Assembly (NCBI GenBank): GCA_963796285.1
Contig: CAWCKW010000003.1
Location: forward strand, 160,001-224,000
Length of the DNA: 64,000 nt
DNA from: Nitrospirota bacterium
GTDB lineage: Bacteria; Nitrospirota; UBA9217
Reading direction: 5' to 3'
Part shown: positions 33,252 through 44,354 of the stretch, in pieces
Position numbering within the stretch: the first letter of the stretch is position 1
Layout of the letters: every line of letters begins with the position of its first letter
Position numbers and translations under genes: made by a program
Notes under the pieces: model-generated
Seen by the model: only the letters and a program-made list of their open reading frames with translations
Database searches by the model: none
Told to the model about the DNA's origin: nothing

Positions 33252-34054
33252 TTCAAGAGCACGAGCGCCTCTTCCAGGCGAGAGAGTCCGACTGCAGGCT
33301 CAGCCACCACGGTCTGGAACGGGATGGCCTCATGTTTTGATACTTTGACGACACTCGCCACGGCGAGACCTTTGGGATAGATGCCATCGAGGCCCGACGT
33401 GACGAGCACATCGCCTTCCTGGATGTCAGCATAGTACGAAATATATTTAAGGGAGCAATTGACGAGCTTGCCCTCGAGCAGCCCTTCTTCGCGGTTCCGC
33501 AAGACACGGACGGCGATCGTGCTGCCGGGATCGGTCAGGAGAAGGACCTTCACTGTGCCGGGAAGCACGGCCTGGACCTTCCCGACCACCCCTTGCGCGG
33601 TGATCACGGCCATGTCCTTCCGGATTCCATTGTCCGAACCCTTGTTGAGGGTGACCGTGCTGGAAACCGGCGAAGACTGCTTGCCGATCACCTCCGCCAT
33701 GACTGACGGCGGCGGATAGGTCCGTTTAAAGTCCAGCGAATCCCGCAGCCGTTCATTCTCGTGCAGCAGCTCGTTCATGACGCCGTTCTCGAGCTGCAGT
33801 CGTTCATTCTCGCTCCGAAGCCGCTGGTTATCCTGCTGGGTGTTGACGAGAAGAATATACCCCTTTCCGATGGACGCCGCAGTGTCAAAGGGCCAGCTTA
33901 TGATACGCTCAAAAAAGCCCGAGACGGCCAGGACCGGCTCTTCCATGAACGTGAACCGCCCGTTCTTTACCTGGAGAGTGATCAGCCAGAAGAGGAGGAT
34001 AAAGAGGAAAAGGATCGACAACGATTTTCTGTGTTTTGCAATAAACCCGGGCAT
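33248..34054 (-). CDS. mreC: rod shape-determining protein MreC
   Basis: TM, coiled coil ENERLR, LNKGS..GI, GDVLVTSGLDGIYPKGL. Confidence 0.93.
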   Translation of the reverse strand: MPGFIAKHRKSLSILFLFILLFWLITLQVKNGRFTFMEEPVLAVSGFFERIISWPFDTAASIGKGYILLVNTQQDNQRLRSENERLQLENGVMNELLHENERLRDSLDFKRTYPPPSVMAEVIGKQSSPVSSTVTLNKGSDNGIRKDMAVITAQGVVGKVQAVLPGTVKVLLLTDPGSTIAVRVLRNREEGLLEGKLVNCSLKYISYYADIQEGDVLVTSGLDGIYPKGLAVASVVKVSKHEAIPFQTVVAEPAVGLSRLEEALVLLK

Positions 34055-34280
34055 CCGCTTCAGCCGCTTTCCGTTTACCCCGTTAGAGCCCGTCCCGAGC
34101 GCTCTCGTGGGCGCCATGGCAATGATTGCCGTAAATTGCATCCGTGAGGATCAATATCTTCGACAAGCTCTGACGGGGTTTACCCCATCTTTCCTTGATC
34201 GGCGTGCCGCTCCTGGTTACAGAGCTGTTCGTCAAAACGTTCGTGCTCGTTGGGCAACATTTTTCTATCTCTCACGGGAG

Positions 34281-35306
34281 TTACATGATGACTTTTTTCA
34301 GAATTTCCTCATCATCGAGGACCATACCTGCCCCGAGCGCTACGCAGGTAAGCGGGTTTTCAGCGATGATAATGGGAAGGGAGGTCTCCTCGCGCAGGAA
34401 CACATCGAGCCCTTTCAGGAGCGCGCCTCCGCCTGCCAACACAATGCCTTTGTCCACGATGTCCGCCGACAGCTCCGGAGGTGTGTTCTCGAGCGCCAGC
34501 TTGATGCCGTTCAGTATCTGGCTGACCGTTTCCGCGAGCGACTCGCGCACTTCGTCGTCGTCGAGGACGAGCGTCTTGGGGATGCCGGAAACCAGGTCGC
34601 GGCCCTTGATCTCCATCGTATGCCGTTCGCCGTCCGTCTTGTACGCCGAACCGAGTTCGAGCTTGATCGATTCGGCCATCATTTCGCCGATCAGGAGGTT
34701 GTACTTGCGCTTGATGTAGTTGATGATCGCCTCGTCCATCTTGTCGCCGCCCACCCGGATGGCCTTGCTGTAGACCACGCCGTCCATGGAGATGACGGCG
34801 ATGTCCGTGGTGCCGCCGCCGATGTCCACGATCATATTGCCCGAGGGCTCGGAGATGGGCAGCCCCGTCCCGATGGCCGCTGCCACGGGCTCCTCGATGA
34901 GGTAGACATCCCGTCCGCCCGAGGTGATGGCGGCGTCCTTGACCGCCCGCTGTTCCACCTGCGTGATCCCCGAGGGGACGCCGATGACGATGCGGGGCCG
35001 CATGAACGACTTGCGGTTATGTACCTTGCGGATGAAGTACTTCAGCATCTCGCCGGTGATGTCGAAGTCGGAGATGACGCCGTCCTTGATCGGACGGATC
35101 GTCTTGATATCGCCGGGCGTGCGGCCGAGCATCCGTTTCGCCTCCACGCCCACGGCAAGCACCTTGCCGGATTTGACAGAAATGGCGACGACAGACGGCT
35201 CGTTGCAGATGATCCCCTTCCCTTTCACGTAGACCAGGGTGTTGGCCGTGCCCAGATCGATCGCCATGTCGTTCGAAAACCAGCCCATGATAGTATTGAT
35301 AAACAT
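34281..35306 (-). CDS. mreB: actin-like rod shape protein MreB
   Basis: [31 protein letters not shown]. Confidence 0.98.
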   Translation of the reverse strand: MFINTIMGWFSNDMAIDLGTANTLVYVKGKGIICNEPSVVAISVKSGKVLAVGVEAKRMLGRTPGDIKTIRPIKDGVISDFDITGEMLKYFIRKVHNRKSFMRPRIVIGVPSGITQVEQRAVKDAAITSGGRDVYLIEEPVAAAIGTGLPISEPSGNMIVDIGGGTTDIAVISMDGVVYSKAIRVGGDKMDEAIINYIKRKYNLLIGEMMAESIKLELGSAYKTDGERHTMEIKGRDLVSGIPKTLVLDDDEVRESLAETVSQILNGIKLALENTPPELSADIVDKGIVLAGGGALLKGLDVFLREETSLPIIIAENPLTCVALGAGMVLDDEEILKKVIM

Positions 35307-35344
35307 TGTTACAGGAACTCCTTTCGATGAGAAAAAAATACATA

Positions 35345-35439
35345 TACTCAGGACCAGAAAAAAATCATGCAGGTAGAAACCTTTGCGTTCTGGTTTTGCG
35401 CGAGATGCTTTTCCCCGTCTTGTTAGACCTGAGCAGTAA
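35345..35439. mobile_element. degenerate MITE-like copy 4
   Basis: tactcaggacc ... cctgagcagtaa ends; internal ctttgcg...tttgcgcga remnant. Confidence 0.5.
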
Positions 35440-35479
35440 GAAGTTAATTCACGTTCACACTGCTGTCATAGATACATAA

Positions 35480-35965
35480 TTATTGCGGCATATCGAGCGG
35501 CCTGTTCGTACCCGTCGGCGAGGCCTCGTGCTGCTGAACCAGCGCGGCCTTTTTCTCTCCCGGGACCGGCGCCTCCAGAACAACCTGCGTCCTCGCCAGC
35601 ATGTCGCCGATCCGCATCCCTGTCTTGTCGCCAATTGCTGTAAGGCATTCCGCGCCGAGGGCAAGCGTTCCGAATACCCAGCCCACATAGGGTATCAAAA
35701 AGAGAAAATAGGCCAGAACAAGCGGGACATTCCTGATGATCGAGTCCCGGTAGGTCGACGCAGGCCCGGAGTCCTCCAATGATACGACCCTCAGCCCGAT
35801 GAGTTTTTTCCCGATGCTTCGGCGATCGAACAGCCCATCACGGATGAGAATGTACCCTGACGCGGACAAAAAACCGATGACATCCGGCAGTCTTGCCAGG
35901 CCGATGATAAGCAGGAGATCGACAAGTCCCGCAACTGCTCTGGTTGTAAGGTCCGCCCTCTGCAA
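35480..35965 (-). CDS. RDD family membrane protein
   Basis: TRAVAGLVD, SIGKKLIGLRV, RIGDMLART. Confidence 0.85.
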   Translation of the reverse strand: MQRADLTTRAVAGLVDLLLIIGLARLPDVIGFLSASGYILIRDGLFDRRSIGKKLIGLRVVSLEDSGPASTYRDSIIRNVPLVLAYFLFLIPYVGWVFGTLALGAECLTAIGDKTGMRIGDMLARTQVVLEAPVPGEKKAALVQQHEASPTGTNRPLDMPQ

Positions 35966-36138
35966 TGAGCCTCCTGAACTAGTTCATACTAGCAGAATAA
36001 AAAAGGTATTTCAAGACTAAAAAAGGCTTCGGGTACTGTGGAGAGAACTCAAAAAGGGTCACTGTGCGCCTAACATGCAATGGACGAAGTGGTCCTGACC
36101 GGGTATACTTAAAGCATCGTTTCCCGAAAGGACCTCCT

Positions 36139-37983
36139 ATGCCAATTGACGCAGAGGGTAAAGGCCGTTCCCTGCTATCCAATACAGATTGGGGGAAAAT
36201 ATTACCTTTCCTGAACTGGAAGCAGTTGATAAACCGCAGAAGCACCCGCGCCGACCTCTTGGCCGGGATCACCGGTGCGATCATCGTGCTGCCGCAGGGA
36301 GTCGCCTTTGCCATGATAGCGGGCCTCCCGCCGGAATACGGGCTCTACTCGGCGATCGTCCCCGCGATGATCGCAGCCCTGTTCGGTTCTTCATTTCACC
36401 TGATCTCCGGGCCCACGACCGCCATCTCCATCGTGGTCTTCACCACCATCAGCCCCCTTGCCGAACCTTCAAGCGCGACATATATAGAAATGGTTCTGAC
36501 CCTCACGTTCATCGCCGGCGCATTCCAGTTCGCCTTAGGGCTTGCGCGGCTCGGCGCGCTCGTCAATTTCGTGTCCCATTCCGTGGTCGTGGGCTTTACG
36601 GCCGGGGCTGCCTTGCTTATCGGGTCCAGCCAACTTAGCAACTTCTTCGGCGTGCCGGGTTCGAAGCATCATGCCTTTGTCCATGTCTGGATGGACCTCT
36701 TCCACAAGCTGCCGGAGGCAAACCTCTATGTCGTGGGCATCGCCCTGACCACGCTGGTTGCCGCCCTTGTGTTCAAAATCTACCTCCCCCGCTGGCCCGG
36801 CATGCTGCTTGCCATGATCATCGGCAGCATCCTATCACTGGCGCTGAACGGCAAGGAACACGGCGTACGGCTCATCGGGTCCTTGCCAGGCCATTTGCCG
36901 CCGTTCTCTCTGCCCGATCTTTCGACAGCTTCGGTGCGCGAGCTTGCGCCTGCCGCTCTCGCCGTTGCCATGCTCGGCCTGACCGAGGCCGTGTCCATTG
37001 CGCGGGCCGTGGCCACCCGCTCTCATCAGCGCATCGACAGCAACCAGGAGTTCATCGGCCAGGGCCTTTCGAACCTCGTGGGCAGCTTTTTTTCGAGCTA
37101 TGCCGCGTCAGGCTCTTTTACCCGCACGGGACTTAATTACGAGGTGGGAGCCAAAAGTCCCATGGCGGCCGTGTATGCGGCAATCACCCTGGCCATGGTG
37201 CTGCTGCTCATCGCCCCGCTCACGGCCTATCTGCCCATCGCATCCATGGCCGGCGTGCTGCTCCTGGTGGCCTACGGCCTTGTGGACCTGCACCATATCA
37301 AAACCATCGTCAGCGTAAGCAAACAGGAGACCTCCGTGCTTGCTGTCACCTTTTTTGCGACGCTGCTTGTAGAACTGGAATTCGCAATTTACGTCGGAGT
37401 TATCCTGTCGCTCCTGCTCTACTTGAACCGCACCTCGCACCCCCATTTTGTCACCCTGGTCCCCGATCCCGACAGCAACCGGCGAAGCTTCGTGAACATA
37501 CTGAAAAAGCCGTCACTTGAATGCCCCCAGATGAAGATCATCCGGATCGACGGATCACTGTTCTTCGGCGCCGTAAATCATATCGCCGATCAACTGGACA
37601 AGATCGCCAAGGAGAGCCCCGAGCAGGCCCATATATTGATCGTCGGCAGTGGCATCAATTTTATCGATGTGGCCGGATGCGAAATGCTGGCCAACGAGGC
37701 CCATCGACTCCACCTCAACGGAAGAAAGCTCTACCTATGCTCTATGAAGAGCGAGATCCTTGACATACTGGGGCGTGGCGGCTACCTTGATCGGATCGGC
37801 GAGGAGAATATCTTCCTGTCCAAGGTCCAGGCAATGAAAAGGATCGTGCTCCAACGTCTGGACCCTGAGCGGTGCCGTATCTGCCACGTCCGCATCTTCA
37901 CGGAATGCAGCCAGATGCCGCAGGAGCCAATGGCCAATGATCCTGAAAAGATCGTTGAACAAAGGATTAACTCGGAGTTATAA
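36139..37983 (+). CDS. SulP family anion transporter with STAS domain
   Basis: DLLAGITGAIIVLPQGVAFA, YGLYS, GPT, NQEFIGQG, SGSFTR; STAS RIDGSLFFG, FIDVAG. Confidence 0.94.
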   Translation: MPIDAEGKGRSLLSNTDWGKILPFLNWKQLINRRSTRADLLAGITGAIIVLPQGVAFAMIAGLPPEYGLYSAIVPAMIAALFGSSFHLISGPTTAISIVVFTTISPLAEPSSATYIEMVLTLTFIAGAFQFALGLARLGALVNFVSHSVVVGFTAGAALLIGSSQLSNFFGVPGSKHHAFVHVWMDLFHKLPEANLYVVGIALTTLVAALVFKIYLPRWPGMLLAMIIGSILSLALNGKEHGVRLIGSLPGHLPPFSLPDLSTASVRELAPAALAVAMLGLTEAVSIARAVATRSHQRIDSNQEFIGQGLSNLVGSFFSSYAASGSFTRTGLNYEVGAKSPMAAVYAAITLAMVLLLIAPLTAYLPIASMAGVLLLVAYGLVDLHHIKTIVSVSKQETSVLAVTFFATLLVELEFAIYVGVILSLLLYLNRTSHPHFVTLVPDPDSNRRSFVNILKKPSLECPQMKIIRIDGSLFFGAVNHIADQLDKIAKESPEQAHILIVGSGINFIDVAGCEMLANEAHRLHLNGRKLYLCSMKSEILDILGRGGYLDRIGEENIFLSKVQAMKRIVLQRLDPERCRICHVRIFTECSQMPQEPMANDPEKIVEQRINSEL

Positions 37984-38277
37984 CGCTTCCGGAACGTGTG
38001 TGACGGGCGACCTGTCCGGGGAGCTTTGATTTACCCTCTTGCTTCCTTTTACGTCGTTTTTCTGCGAAAATCTGCATAAACCTCATACGTAAAGACGACA
38101 GGTTGCGTCCCTGTCCTTAAAAAAGAGTTAGAGCTTTTCGTTTCAAAAAGGTGTATACTGATGTTTCCTGGAAAGGACCTCTGGTCCAGACGAGAACCTT
38201 CCGGAGCAATCCCCTCGACAGAGAAACTGCAAGTTCGTTGCAGATACCTCAGCCTAGTCAATGAAAAGGAGAGCACT

Positions 38278-38682
38278 ATGCCAGAAAAAATCCAAGCCGG
38301 CGAGAACATTGCCTCATACTGCACCAAGTGCAAACTGAGCCTCGACCATACGGTCGTGGCAATGACCGGCGAGACCATCGCCAAGGTAAAATGCAAAACC
38401 TGCGCCAGTGTGCACAAGTTCAAGGACCCGGCGGCCGTCAAGAAGCCCCGGACCGTGAAAAAGAAGGAAGATGCCGTGCGAACTGCCGAAACACTGTGGG
38501 AGACCAGCCTGTCCGAGACAAAAGGCAAAGAGCGCGTGTACGACATGTCCGGGAAATACCGCGTCGGCGACATCGTGCTCCACAATACCTTTGGCAAGGG
38601 CATCGTTCGGAAGCTCTATATGAACAAGTGCGACATGCTCTTCAAGGACAAAGAACGCCTCATGGCGTCGGCGAACCAATAG
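38278..38682 (+). CDS. hypothetical protein: Zn ribbon plus Tudor-like C-terminus
   Basis: CTKC..H...CKTC..H; YRVGDIVLHNTFGKGIV; SD aaggag. Confidence 0.8.
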   Translation: MPEKIQAGENIASYCTKCKLSLDHTVVAMTGETIAKVKCKTCASVHKFKDPAAVKKPRTVKKKEDAVRTAETLWETSLSETKGKERVYDMSGKYRVGDIVLHNTFGKGIVRKLYMNKCDMLFKDKERLMASANQ

Positions 38683-38755
38683 CCTTCATTCTCTTACCGC
38701 ATTCGCCCCTGTGAGATAAAAAATGCTGACAGGAGAGAATCGCAAAAACGAACTG

Positions 38756-38831
38756 TAGGGGAAGAAGGTGAGAACGCAGGCACGTAAGCCGGCCCCCGTT
38801 TCTCACCTTCTTCCCTTTTCAACTTCTCACC
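38756..38831. repeat. 8-nt periodic palindromic remnant
   Basis: aggggaag aaggtgag aa ... ttctcacc ttcttccc ttttcaac ttctcacc. Confidence 0.6.
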
Positions 38832-38857
38832 ACAGCGCCAGGCAGTCTTGTTCCGAA

Positions 38858-40030
38858 ATGAGTACATCAAAAATCCTCATCACCTGCCCCAAAGGCATCC
38901 CTCCCTTTCTCAAGCAGGAGTTGTGCAACCTGCGCTTCCCGGTACTGTCCGAAAACATCGCCGGTGTCGAGACCGAGGGCAGCCTCGACGACGCCATGCG
39001 TTTAAACCTTCTTCTTCGAACCGGACACCGCGTTCTTTTCGTGCTGAAGGAATTTACGGCCGGGAACGCCGACGAACTCTATCGGGCGATACACGGCATC
39101 GCCTGGGAGCGGCACATCCCCGAGGACGGGTATCTCTGCATCACCTCGAGCGTTGATAATCCCACGATCAAAGACTCCCGCTTCGCGAGCCTGAAATGCA
39201 AGGACGCCATTGTCGACCGCATACAGGAACAATGCGGAAGGCGGCCCGACTCCGGTCCCGAACGCGACCGGTCCGTGGTGCATCTCTACTGGAAGGACGA
39301 CCAATGCTCGGTGTATCTCGATACTACCGGAGAGCCGCTCTCGCGCCGCGGTTACCGGAAGATCCCGCTGGGCGCGCCCATGCAGGAGACGCTGGCCGGT
39401 GCGGTCGTGCTCGCGACGGGCTGGAACGGAACGGGGAACTTCATCAATCCCATGTGCGGCAGCGGGACGCTCGCTATAGAGGCGGCGCTCATCGGCTTGG
39501 ACCGCGCGCCGGGGATACTGAGGAGCAACTTCGGGTTCATGCACCTCAAGGGATTCAACGAAGCCCGCTGGAACGAACTGCGCGAGAAGGCGCGGAAGGA
39601 GGCAAAGAAAAGCCTGCCTGGGAAGATCATCGCCACGGACATCAGCCCTCATGCGGTCGAAGCTGCGAAGAAGAACGCGACGACCGCCGGCGTTGAGCAT
39701 TCCATCGAATTCAGCGTCTGCAATTTCTCCGACACTCCCCTGCCCGGGGACGGAGGCGTCATTGTGCTGAACCCCGAGTACGGCGAACGGATGGGTGAGG
39801 TCCAGAGGCTGGAGGCCACCTACAAGGACATCGGCGATTATTTCAAGCAGAAGTGCAGAGGCTTTACCGGCTATGTCTTCACCGGCAATCCCGCGCTCGC
39901 CAAAAAGGTGAGCCTCAAACCGAAGAGGACCTTTCAATTTTTTAACAGCGGGATCGAGTGCCGGTTGCTCGAGTATGAGCTGTATGAAGGGACCAGAAAG
40001 GTCAAAAAGCCAAAACCGCCGAAGGACTAA
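38858..40030 (+). CDS. THUMP-domain class I SAM-dependent RNA methyltransferase (RlmL/YpsC-like)
   Basis: LSRRGYR, APMQETLA, NPMCGSGT, VLNPEYGER. Confidence 0.9.
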   Translation: MSTSKILITCPKGIPPFLKQELCNLRFPVLSENIAGVETEGSLDDAMRLNLLLRTGHRVLFVLKEFTAGNADELYRAIHGIAWERHIPEDGYLCITSSVDNPTIKDSRFASLKCKDAIVDRIQEQCGRRPDSGPERDRSVVHLYWKDDQCSVYLDTTGEPLSRRGYRKIPLGAPMQETLAGAVVLATGWNGTGNFINPMCGSGTLAIEAALIGLDRAPGILRSNFGFMHLKGFNEARWNELREKARKEAKKSLPGKIIATDISPHAVEAAKKNATTAGVEHSIEFSVCNFSDTPLPGDGGVIVLNPEYGERMGEVQRLEATYKDIGDYFKQKCRGFTGYVFTGNPALAKKVSLKPKRTFQFFNSGIECRLLEYELYEGTRKVKKPKPPKD

Positions 40031-40218
40031 AACCCGCCTCCCATCGTTTTTTGGCAGGAAGAGAATGCGTTTGTATGAACTCGAAAATCGTCATACCCGC
40101 CCTTTCCCCTCGTCAATAACCCCTTACAAAAACAAAAAATCATTTGCCATATCAACCCTGCTGCGTTATTATGCTAAGCTGTTTTAGCAACTCATCTTTT
40201 TACCAGCAAGGAAAACAA

Positions 40219-42085
40219 ATGCTCCAGATCACGAACATAGAAAAATCCTACGGCAAACAGCTGCTCTTTGACAGCGTCAACCTCACGGTCAATCCCGGGG
40301 AACGCGTGGGGCTCGTGGGCAGGAACGGCCACGGCAAGACCACGCTCTTCCGCCTGATCCTCGGCGAAGAGCATGCGGAATCGGGCTTGATCAAGGTGCC
40401 GAATGGATACACCATCGGCCACCTCTCGCAGCATATCAGTTTCACCGAGGACACGGTGATCAAGGAGGCCTGTCTGAGCCTCCCGGAGAACGAGGACCAT
40501 ATCGATGAAACGTACAAGGCCGAGGCGATCCTGTTCGGCCTCGGGTTCACGGCCGAGGACATGGACAAGGACCCGGCCTCGCTCTCGGGCGGGTACCAGG
40601 TCAGGCTGAACCTCACGAAGGTCCTGGTGTCCGAGCCCAACCTCCTGCTGCTCGATGAACCCACGAACTATCTCGACATCATCTCGGTCCGCTGGCTCAC
40701 CCAGTTCCTGCGCGCCTGGAGGAGCGAACTCATCATCATCACCCACGACCGCGACTTCATGGACAGCGTCACCACCCACACCATGTGCATCCACCGGAAC
40801 AAGATCCGCAAGGTCGCCGGGTCCACGGAAAAGCTGTACGCCCAGATCCTGCTGGAAGAGGAAGTCTACGAAAAAACGCGGCAGAACGACGACAAGAAGC
40901 GCAAGGAGGCCGAGGCCTTCATCAACCGCTTCCGCGCTTCTGCCACGAAAGCCAAAGCGGTCCAGTCCCGCATCAAGGCCTTCGAAAAACGCGAAAAATT
41001 CGATAAGCTCGAGGAGATCAAGACCCTCGATTTCTCATTTCGCTCGGCGCCTTTTGCCGCCAAATGGCTTCTGACCGTGGAAGACCTTTCCTTCTCCTTC
41101 ACCCCTGACGGGCCGAAGTTGATCGACGGGATCTCCTTCGGCGTCGGGAAAAAAGACCGCATCGCCGTCATCGGTAAGAACGGCAAGGGAAAGACCACTC
41201 TCCTGAACCTGCTGGCGAACGAGATGACCGCAACGGACGGCGAGGTAAGGCTCCATCCGAACACGAAGCTCGCTTATTTCGGCCAGACGAACATCAACCG
41301 GCTGAATCCCGCCAAAACTGCCCTTGACGAGATCATGACCGCCCATCCGGAGCACAGCCATGGCATGGCCCGCGCCATCTGCGGCGCCATGATGTTCGAG
41401 GGCGACAACGCCCTCAAAAAGGTGAGTGTGCTCTCGGGCGGTGAGAAGAGCCGCGTGCTGCTCGGCAAGCTCCTTGTCTCTCCAGCCAACCTCCTGATGC
41501 TCGATGAGCCGACGAACCACCTGGACATGGAGTCCATCGACTCGCTTGTCGAGGCCATCGAGGTCTTCGACGGCGCGGTGATCATCGTGACGCACAGCGA
41601 AATGATCCTGAACGCCGTGGCCACGAAGCTGATCGTCTATGACAAGGGAACGGTCAGCGTGTTCGACGGCACGTACCGGGAATTCCTCGAGCGCGTGGGA
41701 TGGGACGACGAGGGCGGCGTCAAGGCGCCGAAACAAAAGAAGAAGGACCAGGACCGGGGCGGCAACCGCAAGGACGCGAAGAAACTGCGCGCCGGGCTCG
41801 TGGCGGACAAGTCAAAGGTCCTGAGCACACTGAAGAGCAGGATCGCGGCGCTCGAAGAAGAGATCACGAAACTGGAGTTCGACGTGGAACAGGACACGCA
41901 GAAGCTGCTTGAGGCCTCCGTCAAGGGCGAGGCCCTGTCCATCAAGCGGCTGTCGCAGACCGTCCGGGACAACAAGGCGCGCATCGATGCGCGCTTTGCG
42001 GAGCTCCAGACCGTCACCACCGAGCACGACGAGAAGGCGAAACGAGTTCGACCAGCAGCTGAACGAGCTGGCGCTGATATCGTAA
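40219..42085 (+). CDS. ABC-F family ATP-binding protein, frameshift near 42043
   Basis: Two NBDs (GRNGHGKT, LSGG, LDEPTN; GKNGKGKT, LSGGEK, LDEPTN) and a C-terminal coiled coil that ends EFDQQLNELALIS* in another frame. Confidence 0.92.
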
Positions 42086-42108
42086 AATTTTGCAACAGGA
42101 TACCATCG

Positions 42109-42252
42109 TCTCGCGCAAAGCCGCAAAGACCGCAAAGAACGGCAAAAACAAAGGGGGCTATTGTCTAAATTCAAGACTTATCGGTTTTCCTTTGCGACTT
42201 GGCGGCTTTGCGCGAAAATGATTTGCCTGGTTCCGGCTTGTCCATGTTTAGG
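42109..42252. repeat. periodic palindrome (CGCAAAG units) followed by a TGGTTCCGGCTTGTCC tail
   Basis: tcgcgcaaag ccgcaaag accgcaaag ... ctttgcgacttggcggctttgcgcga; 16-bp tail identical to 63575-63590. Confidence 0.75.
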
Positions 42253-42267
42253 TATGGTGATACAACG

Positions 42268-44239
42268 ATGAAAGGCTTTAACCGCTTTCTCCTCCAGTTC
42301 CAGCAAGACGTAAAGCAATGGCTGTTCTTCATGCTTTACCTGTCTTTCTTCCGCATCTCCTTTATCCTCTATTTCAGGAGCAAGATCGAACCCGCCACCA
42401 GCCTCTCCGATGTTCTGATGACCGCGCTGAACGGGTTGCGTTACGACTCCATGGTCTCCACCTGGTGGATCCTCCCGGCGTTCCTGGCAGGCATCGCCTA
42501 CGGGGTTCATCAACATCGGGCGATTCACCGACCGCCTGCGCAGCGTTGTCGGCGCTCTCTTCATCGGGTTAACATCCATCGCCTGGGTCTTCACCTTCGT
42601 CTACTTCAAGGAATACAACGAGCAGTTCAACTTTTTTATATTTAACCTGTACTATGACGATACGAAGGCGATCTTGCAGACGATCTGGTCGGATTACCAT
42701 CCCATCCCCGTGCTGATCATCATCGGCGTTCTCTCGACCATCGCCTTCTCCGCGGTACAATTCCTCCTGAAGAGAAGGCCCCGTGCGACGGAGACGATCG
42801 CGGCCCGCCAATTTTCCATTGTCTCACGAATGCTTATTTCCCTGCTCATTCTGGCGCTGCTCATCGTAGCCTCGCGCGGATCGATCGGCCGCAGGCCCGC
42901 GCAGCGCAAGGACGCGGCGATCTCGAAGGACGCCTTCCTGAACAAGTCCGTGGTGAACCCCTACTTCTCGCTTCTCTTCGCAATACAGGACCATGTCCTG
43001 CAGACCGGCCTGGCGGGCCTGGAAACATATTTGCCTGACCGTGACGTACGAAAGGCGGCGCAGGAACTGTTCAACGATCATCGATCATTCGATAACCTCG
43101 ATGCCTATCTGAGAAAGTATGCGAAGGGACCGAAGACCGTGCCGCCGCGCCACATTTTCCTCGTTGTCATGGAGAGCTACGATGCCTGGCCGTTCATCAA
43201 GAAGTACGCCTCCCTCGGCCTGACGGGAAATCTCACCCATCTCGCCGAGAACGGCATTTATTTCGAGAACTTCGTTCCTGCCTCGGACGGCACCATGCAG
43301 TCGCTCACCGCGATCATGACGAGCATCCCCTATACTCATGTTGAGATCAATTATCAGTTCACGGCCCGCAAACCCTATCCTTCGTCGCTGTTCGAGACGT
43401 TCAAGCGACTTGGTTACCGCACGAGGCTGTTCTACGGAGGGTATCTGAGCTGGCAACGATTCGGGGATTTCGCAACAGACCAGGGAGCGGAAGAGGTCTA
43501 CGGCGCGCCGCATATGAGCAAAGGCGTGGCAACCCATGAATGGGGCGTGGACGATGAATACCTGCTCGACTTTATCGCGGGCAAGGTGGATGACAGCCAG
43601 CCGAGCTTCAACCTTATCATGACGACGAGTTACCACCCACCCTATAACGTCGATGTGTGGGGCAAAGGCTTTCCCTTGAAACAGGTACCGCCCGATATCG
43701 CTCCGATGTTCGACAACACCACGAGCCTCAAGATGCTCGGTCACTTATGGTACTCGGACAGATGCCTTGGCGATTTTGTGAGGAAGATCGAAGGCAAACT
43801 ACCCCGAGCGCTCTTTGCGTTCACCGGCGACCACTACGGTCGCAAGTTCATTAATGCCAATCCGGATTATTTTGAGCGGTCCGGGGTCCCCCTGATCCTG
43901 TATGGAAGAGAAGTGCTGCGCGGCATCAAGCTCCCCCGGGGCGCTGCAGGCTCCCATATCGATATCGGACCCACGTTGGTTGAGCTCACAGCTCCGAAAG
44001 GGTTCGAGTACTTTTCGGTCGGACAGGACCTGCTGGCGCCGAGGGAACGGTTTCTGGCCGTCGGTTTCGGGAAGATCATCGGAAAGGACTTCATCTTCGA
44101 TGAGGGAAGAAAGGAGTTCCATCCTCTTCCGGGGAAAACGCTGCCTCAGAACTTGCCTGACATGCAAGAGCTGTTAGCGCTCTACGACCGTACCTATGGC
44201 ATCGGATGGTGGCGGGTGAGACGGGGGAATCAGTTGTAG
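42268..44239 (+). CDS. LTA synthase / sulfatase family membrane protein, frameshift near 42505
   Basis: N-terminal TMs with GLRYD; HIFLVVMES, WGVDD, TTSYHPPY, FTGDH, SHIDIGPT. Confidence 0.88.
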
Positions 44240-44300
44240 AAGAGTGCGACAGAACCCTGCGGTCACTTGAACGGAATATAGGTGCGCGGTCGATAACACA

Positions 44301-44332
44301 ACAGCCCCGGCCTGAAGGTCCGGGGCTGTTTG
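44301..44332. terminator. hairpin between convergent genes, probable terminator
   Basis: acagccccgg-cctgaaggt-ccggggctgt-ttg. Confidence 0.6.
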
Positions 44333-44354
44333 AATGAGTACGCTGCGGATCGAC

